Below are positions 59,324-64,000 of a stretch of 64,000 bases of DNA, piece by piece. Position 1 is the stretch's first letter. The number at the start of each line of letters is the position of its first letter. Location: NCBI GenBank assembly GCA_951406725.2, contig OX597833.1:43710001-43774000 (forward strand). Direction: 5' to 3'. The translations under genes and the position numbers were made by a program. The DNA comes from Octopus vulgaris (taxonomy: Eukaryota). A model generated the notes under the pieces. The model was not told where the DNA came from and made no database searches. It saw nothing but the letters and a program-made list of their open reading frames with translations.

Positions 59324-59573
59324 ATTGAAATATCTAAAATATAATCAGAAATATTTAAACAATATATATATATACCTTTTATCATTAATTAATAAATCTT
59401 AGGGTAGCAAAAAATAATTTAGAAAAGAAATTTACAATAGCTAAAAATAGAGTCAATGTTTTTATTATTCATTCCCTTTCAGAATTACAACTATTAGTGG
59501 TTTGCAGTTTAACTACTCTTTCTAGCGAGTCAGATGTCCTGTAATGGCCATCTCTTATGTGTTTAAATGTACA

Positions 59574-59631
<58 letters not shown>

Positions 59632-59773
59632 TGTTGGCTTTATATTCCTTTTTTAAAGATTTATTATGTTATATTATATTGCATCTTTTCATAGCATGTT
59701 ATATTATAATGTAAATAAATTTAGTTTGTCAGTTGTATTTCTCTATTTTATTTAATATTTGTGTGTGTGTGTG

Positions 59774-59816
<43 letters not shown>

Positions 59817-59879
59817 TTTTTATCTAGTTTCAACTCACGAGCTGTGGCCATGCTGGGGCACTGCCATTTAAAATAAATG

Positions 59880-60108
59880 CGCCCTTTTAAAGCCTAGCCA
59901 GGCTCATGGGCCCGGTTTCTATGGCGTATGTATTCCCCAGCTGGACGGGACGCCAGTCCATTCCAGGCGTTACTCATTTTTGCCAGCTGAGTGGACTGGA
60001 GCAACGTGAAATGAAGTGTTTGGCTCAAGAACCCAACGCGTTGCCCGGTCCAGGAATCGAAACCACAATGTTACGATCATGATGCTGACACCCTAACCAC
60101 TAAGCCAC
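59880..60108 (-). mobile_element. tRNA-derived SINE family C
   Basis: Minus strand GTGGCTTAGTGGTTAGGG (A box)...GGTTTCGATTCC (B box), followed by GGACTGGCGTCCCGTCCAG. Confidence 0.75.
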
Positions 60109-60384
60109 ATATGTATGTATATCAAAGGAAAAAGTAAATGGAGATTAAGAAGTTAATTGTTTATTATTAACACCAAATCAATCATCATCCCTTACAGCTG
60201 TTTCAATTAAAAATACAGAAAATATGAAGTAAATATTAAATTCATTATAAATCCTTTCATTCAATCTGCTATATGGAATCAATAAACACATATAAAGCTT
60301 TCAAGGATATATTCTTTTCCCCCTGAAGATATTATGCTCAGGTCATATAAATTTAACATTTACTTAATATTTACTACTGAACAT

Positions 60385-61012
60385 GGATCTTTTCGGTTTG
60401 AACAGCAGTTTTTTCTAGCGGTGTCATATGAAATTGTCACCCATAATTATGACCCTAGTATCGATCTATTGCATTTCAATCTGTTTTAGGGTTAGGGTTC
60501 TCTTTCTCCCCACTTAAACTTCTCTCCCTTTCGCAAAGTATTATTTGCCGTTCTACCTTGATCTGTCACGACTTTACTGTTGTTGTTATTAGGGCTAATG
60601 ATCTTTCGGATCTTTTCGGTTTGAACGGCAGTTTTTTCTAGCGGTGTCATATGAAATTGTCTCCTATAATTATGACCCTAGTATCAATCTATTGCATTTC
60701 AATCTGTTTTAGGGTTAGGGTTAGGGTTAGGAGAAGGGTATCTTTTTTTCTTCAGAAATGTAAATAAACCCAATCTGTTTCTTAAACGAGGGTCATATTC
60801 ATACGGCACAGAATGTTTTCACCTCAATAGACATCATTGATTGGTTGAAATTGCAGAAATTGAAGAAAATAACAACAACAAATATCTTACAAACGATAGA
60901 ATTTTCTCAATAAAGCCAAGAGAAAAAGATGTTTTATGAACACATTCTACCAGTATACGAAGTTTAAAAGTGTTTAGTTACGTGGAAATTATTTTAAAAA
61001 AGTGACGTTCAA
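60385..61012. mobile_element. TTAGGG-containing MITE, partial plus near-full copy
   Basis: GGATCTTTTCGGTTTGAAC.GCAG ends with internal TTAGGGTTAGGG. Confidence 0.75.
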
Positions 61013-61173
61013 ATATTAATTGAACCAGCTGCTAAGGGTGATGATTAAACTGCTGTTAATAATAAACAATTATTAACTTCCCGATCTCCATTTACTTTTT
61101 CTTCTGTAAATGAATATAAACTATATGTTTTTATAAATATACCTATTATTTTAAGGAAATTAATTCGCCAAAA

Positions 61174-61213
<40 letters not shown>

Positions 61214-61216
<3 letters not shown>

Positions 61217-61387
61217 ATCCAAACAAGAAAGCACAAAAAAGCACAACAACGCGAGGACGTGGAACAAATATAGTATTATTGGACGCTCAGGAAAGAAGGA
61301 GGGTTTAACGTTTCGAGCGCAGCTCTTCGTCGGAAACATAGGAGAAGGAAAGATCCAAAGAAGGGAAGACAGAGGAAAAAAATCGCC

Positions 61388-61390
<3 letters not shown>
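61214..61390 (-). mobile_element. Short non-autonomous PLE-like element with hammerhead-like motif (61303-61337)
   Basis: GTTT-CCGACGA-AGAGC(TGC)GCTC-GAAACGT-T|AAAC, lying between (TA)n and (CA)n. Confidence 0.55.
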
Positions 61391-61435
<45 letters not shown>

Positions 61436-61829
61436 TATATATTTATATTGAACCAGTATTTCCTTGGATGACACCATCCCTTCATGTGGTTAACACAACC
61501 TCTAATCGAATATATATATATGTCAAATTGAACATTAAAAATAACGATAACAAAATAAGAGGACGTCTTGCTTTTTTCTTTTTCTGCTTTTATACATACG
61601 CACACAGATACATAGACATACGCACTCTTTCTCTCTTCTTTCTCGTGTAAATTGCATATTTCATGTCTTCATTATCTCAGACTGCTCCAAAACAACAACA
61701 GCGATAACAGCAATAATCTTTCTCTTTCTCCCCACTTAAACTTCTCTTCCTTTCGCAAAGTATTATTTGCCGTTCTACCTTGATCTGTCACGTCTTTACT
61801 GTTGTTGTTATTAGGGGTAATGATGTTTC

Positions 61830-62240
61830 GGATCCTTTCGGTTTGAACGGCAGTTTTTTCTAGCGGTGTCATATGAAATTGTCACCCATAATTATGACCC
61901 TAGTATTGATCTATTGCATTTCAATCTGTTTTAGGGTTAGGGGATAGGGGAAGGGTATCTTTTTTCTTCACAAATGTAAATAAACCCAATCTGTTTCTTA
62001 AACGAGGGACATATTCATACGGCACAGAATGTTCTTTTACCCCAATGGACGTCAGTAATTGGTTGAAATTACAGAAATTGAAGAAAAAAACCAACAAATA
62101 TCTTATAAACTATAGAATTTTCTCAATAAAGCCAAGAGAAAAAGATGTTTTATAAACTCATTCTACCAGTATACGAAGTTTAAATTTTTTTAGTTACCTA
62201 GAAATTATGTTAAAAATTGCCGTTCAAACCGAAAAGATCC
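61830..62240. mobile_element. TTAGGG-containing MITE with 23-bp TIRs
   Basis: GGATCCTTTCGGTTTGAACGGCA...TGCCGTTCAAACCGAAAAGATCC. Confidence 0.85.
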
Positions 62241-62644
62241 GGTCTTTCTATAATTCTGTCCGTTCCTGAAAATACTCTTTCAGAGTTATCCCACTTAACG
62301 CAAACTAGTGAAAAGAAAAAGTAAAAGAGGGCAAAGAACCACACATCAAATGTCAATAACTAATTATCATATAATGAATATCTTTTATAATAATATAATG
62401 GGAGAAACGGGATGTTGTCACGATCGGAATTTTCCTTAGAAAATCAGTCATTTAGATCTATATAATGATTTCTTTTAACGAGCCATATTTGATAAGGTGG
62501 AGTGCGTATGGAATTCAGGAAAGATAGCGAGGAAGCCTCAAGGCAGCCGCTTGACTCGCAAAAAATTGTAGTCGAATGTAAATACTTTGTGAATGTAAAT
62601 ACTTTGTGTTTGTGTGTGTATACATAAACATAAACAAATATATT

Positions 62645-62992
62645 ACTCTTTTACTTGTTTCAGTCATTTGACTGCGGCCATGATGGAGCACCGCCTTTAG
62701 TCGAGCAAATTGACCATGGGACTTATTCTTTGTAAGCCCAGTACTTATTCTATCGGTCTTCTTTTGCCGAACCGCTAGATGACGTAAACACACCAGCATC
62801 GATTGTCAAGCAATGCTAGGGGGACAAACACACACATACATATATACGACAGGCTTCTTTCAGTTTCCGTCTACCAAATCCACTCACAAGGCTATAGCAG
62901 AAGACACTTGCTCAAGATGACATGTAGTGGGATTGAACCTGGAACCATGTGGTTGGTTAGCAAGCTACTTACCACACAGCCACTCCTGCGCC
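62645..62992 (-). mobile_element. SINE family B
   Basis: Match to 34437-34836. Confidence 0.9.
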
Positions 62993-63187
62993 TATATATA
63001 TGCACATATACACATACATATATGTATACATACACGCATAAACGCATAATAAATACACGAAAAATGCATGAACTAGTGATACAAATGAAAGAAATAAAAA
63101 AAAAAAATTGAGTACGGTTATGTAAAGAATGCCTGTACAATGAACAATTAGAATCCCAGTTGAAAAACGTATTCTTCACTCACAGAA

Positions 63188-63589
63188 GGCGGCGAACTGG
63201 CAGAAACGTTAGCATGCCGGTCGAAATGCGTAGCCGTATTTCGTCTGCCGTTACGTTCTGAGTTCAAATTCCGCCGAGGTCGACTTTGCCTTTCATCCTT
63301 TCAGGGTTGATAAATTAAATACCAGTTATGCACTGGGGTCGATATAATTGACTTAATCTATTTGTCCTCTCTGTGTTTAGCCCCTTGTGGGTAGTAAAGA
63401 AATAGGTATTTCGTCTGCCGTTACGTTCTGAGTTCAAAATCCGCCGAGGTCGACTTTGCCTTTCATCCTTTCAGGGTCGATAAATTAAGTACCAGTTACG
63501 CACTGGGGTCGATGTAATCGACTTAATCTGTTTGTCTGTCCTTGTTCGTCCTCTCTGTGTTTAGGTAGTAAAGAAATATAGAGAAACAG
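63188..63589 (+). mobile_element. SINE family A with tandemly duplicated body
   Basis: Body repeated from 63405; TSD GTATTCTTCACTCAC at 63169 and 63590. Confidence 0.9.
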
Positions 63590-64000
63590 GTATTCTTCAC
63601 TCACTGATATGTTTTTCACAGAGCAGGTAGGTATTTGCATGAACAGCGCTCAAAAATATATGCAAATGATAAGTATTATGTAATGTAATCATACAAACAC
63701 AGAAGAATCATACAAATACAAACATTTATCGTGTCTAGAAGATTATTCAGCTTTATAACGATGGCAGCAACACTGAAGATAAATCAAATTGTATTTTCAT
63801 TCAATTGTCACAGGTCCACACAGAATGCGTTTAACAGTAAAGGTTTCACTTGCAACAATGAAATTTGTTTGCATGACACACATAAAATAAAATAAAAGGC
63901 AAGACTTCCGTCTGTCCCTCACCCCTCAAAAAAACACCCTTAAAAATTTTTTTTTTCGACACAAGCCCCGCTTTTTCGTCTACGGGAAATACGAATCTGC

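Larger units (their letters stand above)
55035..59362 (-). mobile_element. Naiad-like PLE with direct terminal repeats, very AT-rich, internally deleted ORF (58974-57224)
   Basis: N-terminus SLKDIPVPS; RT FDIPMG and GLYRDDLL; thumb SNHPPSI; linker CTCRDKTKC (CxCx5C); GIY-YIG VVYKC..YIGST..RIAQH..CYLC. Direct repeats 55050-55287 / 59130-59362. Confidence 0.85.

Noticed and set aside
60190-60310. Another hammerhead (minus strand, GAAACAGCTGTAAGG)
   Set aside because: The 3' half is present, but the upstream core (TTGAAAG) deviates and stem II could not be paired; not counted.

Overview
AT-rich, repeat-saturated animal genomic DNA. The SINE/LINE repertoire and the very long (TA)n/(TAYA)n tracts suggest an octopus; this is inferred, not proven. 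One host gene is visible on the minus strand and encodes a secreted or membrane immunoglobulin-superfamily protein. It has a signal-peptide exon (40992-40878), a disrupted Ig exon (15165-14842) and an intact Ig exon (6824-6513), all joined by phase-1 introns; the link crosses a 100-N gap. The rest is transposon debris: tRNA-derived SINEs, an RTE LINE with a tandemly amplified 3' UTR, a CR1/L2-group LINE fragment, mariner/Tc1/pogo/hAT/piggyBac-like DNA elements, Helitrons/Helentron-like elements, and Penelope-like elements (PLEs) of at least three clades. The most striking unannotated signal is a dense set of about 14 type-I hammerhead ribozyme motifs, several canonical and one with a compensatory U3-A8 core. 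Many sit in tail-out inverted (foldback) repeats of 0.13-4 kb embedded in (TA)n microsatellites. Most long ORFs in the ORF track (YI/IY/CV repeats) are microsatellite artefacts. Coordinates were read by eye, and repeat boundaries are approximate unless stated.
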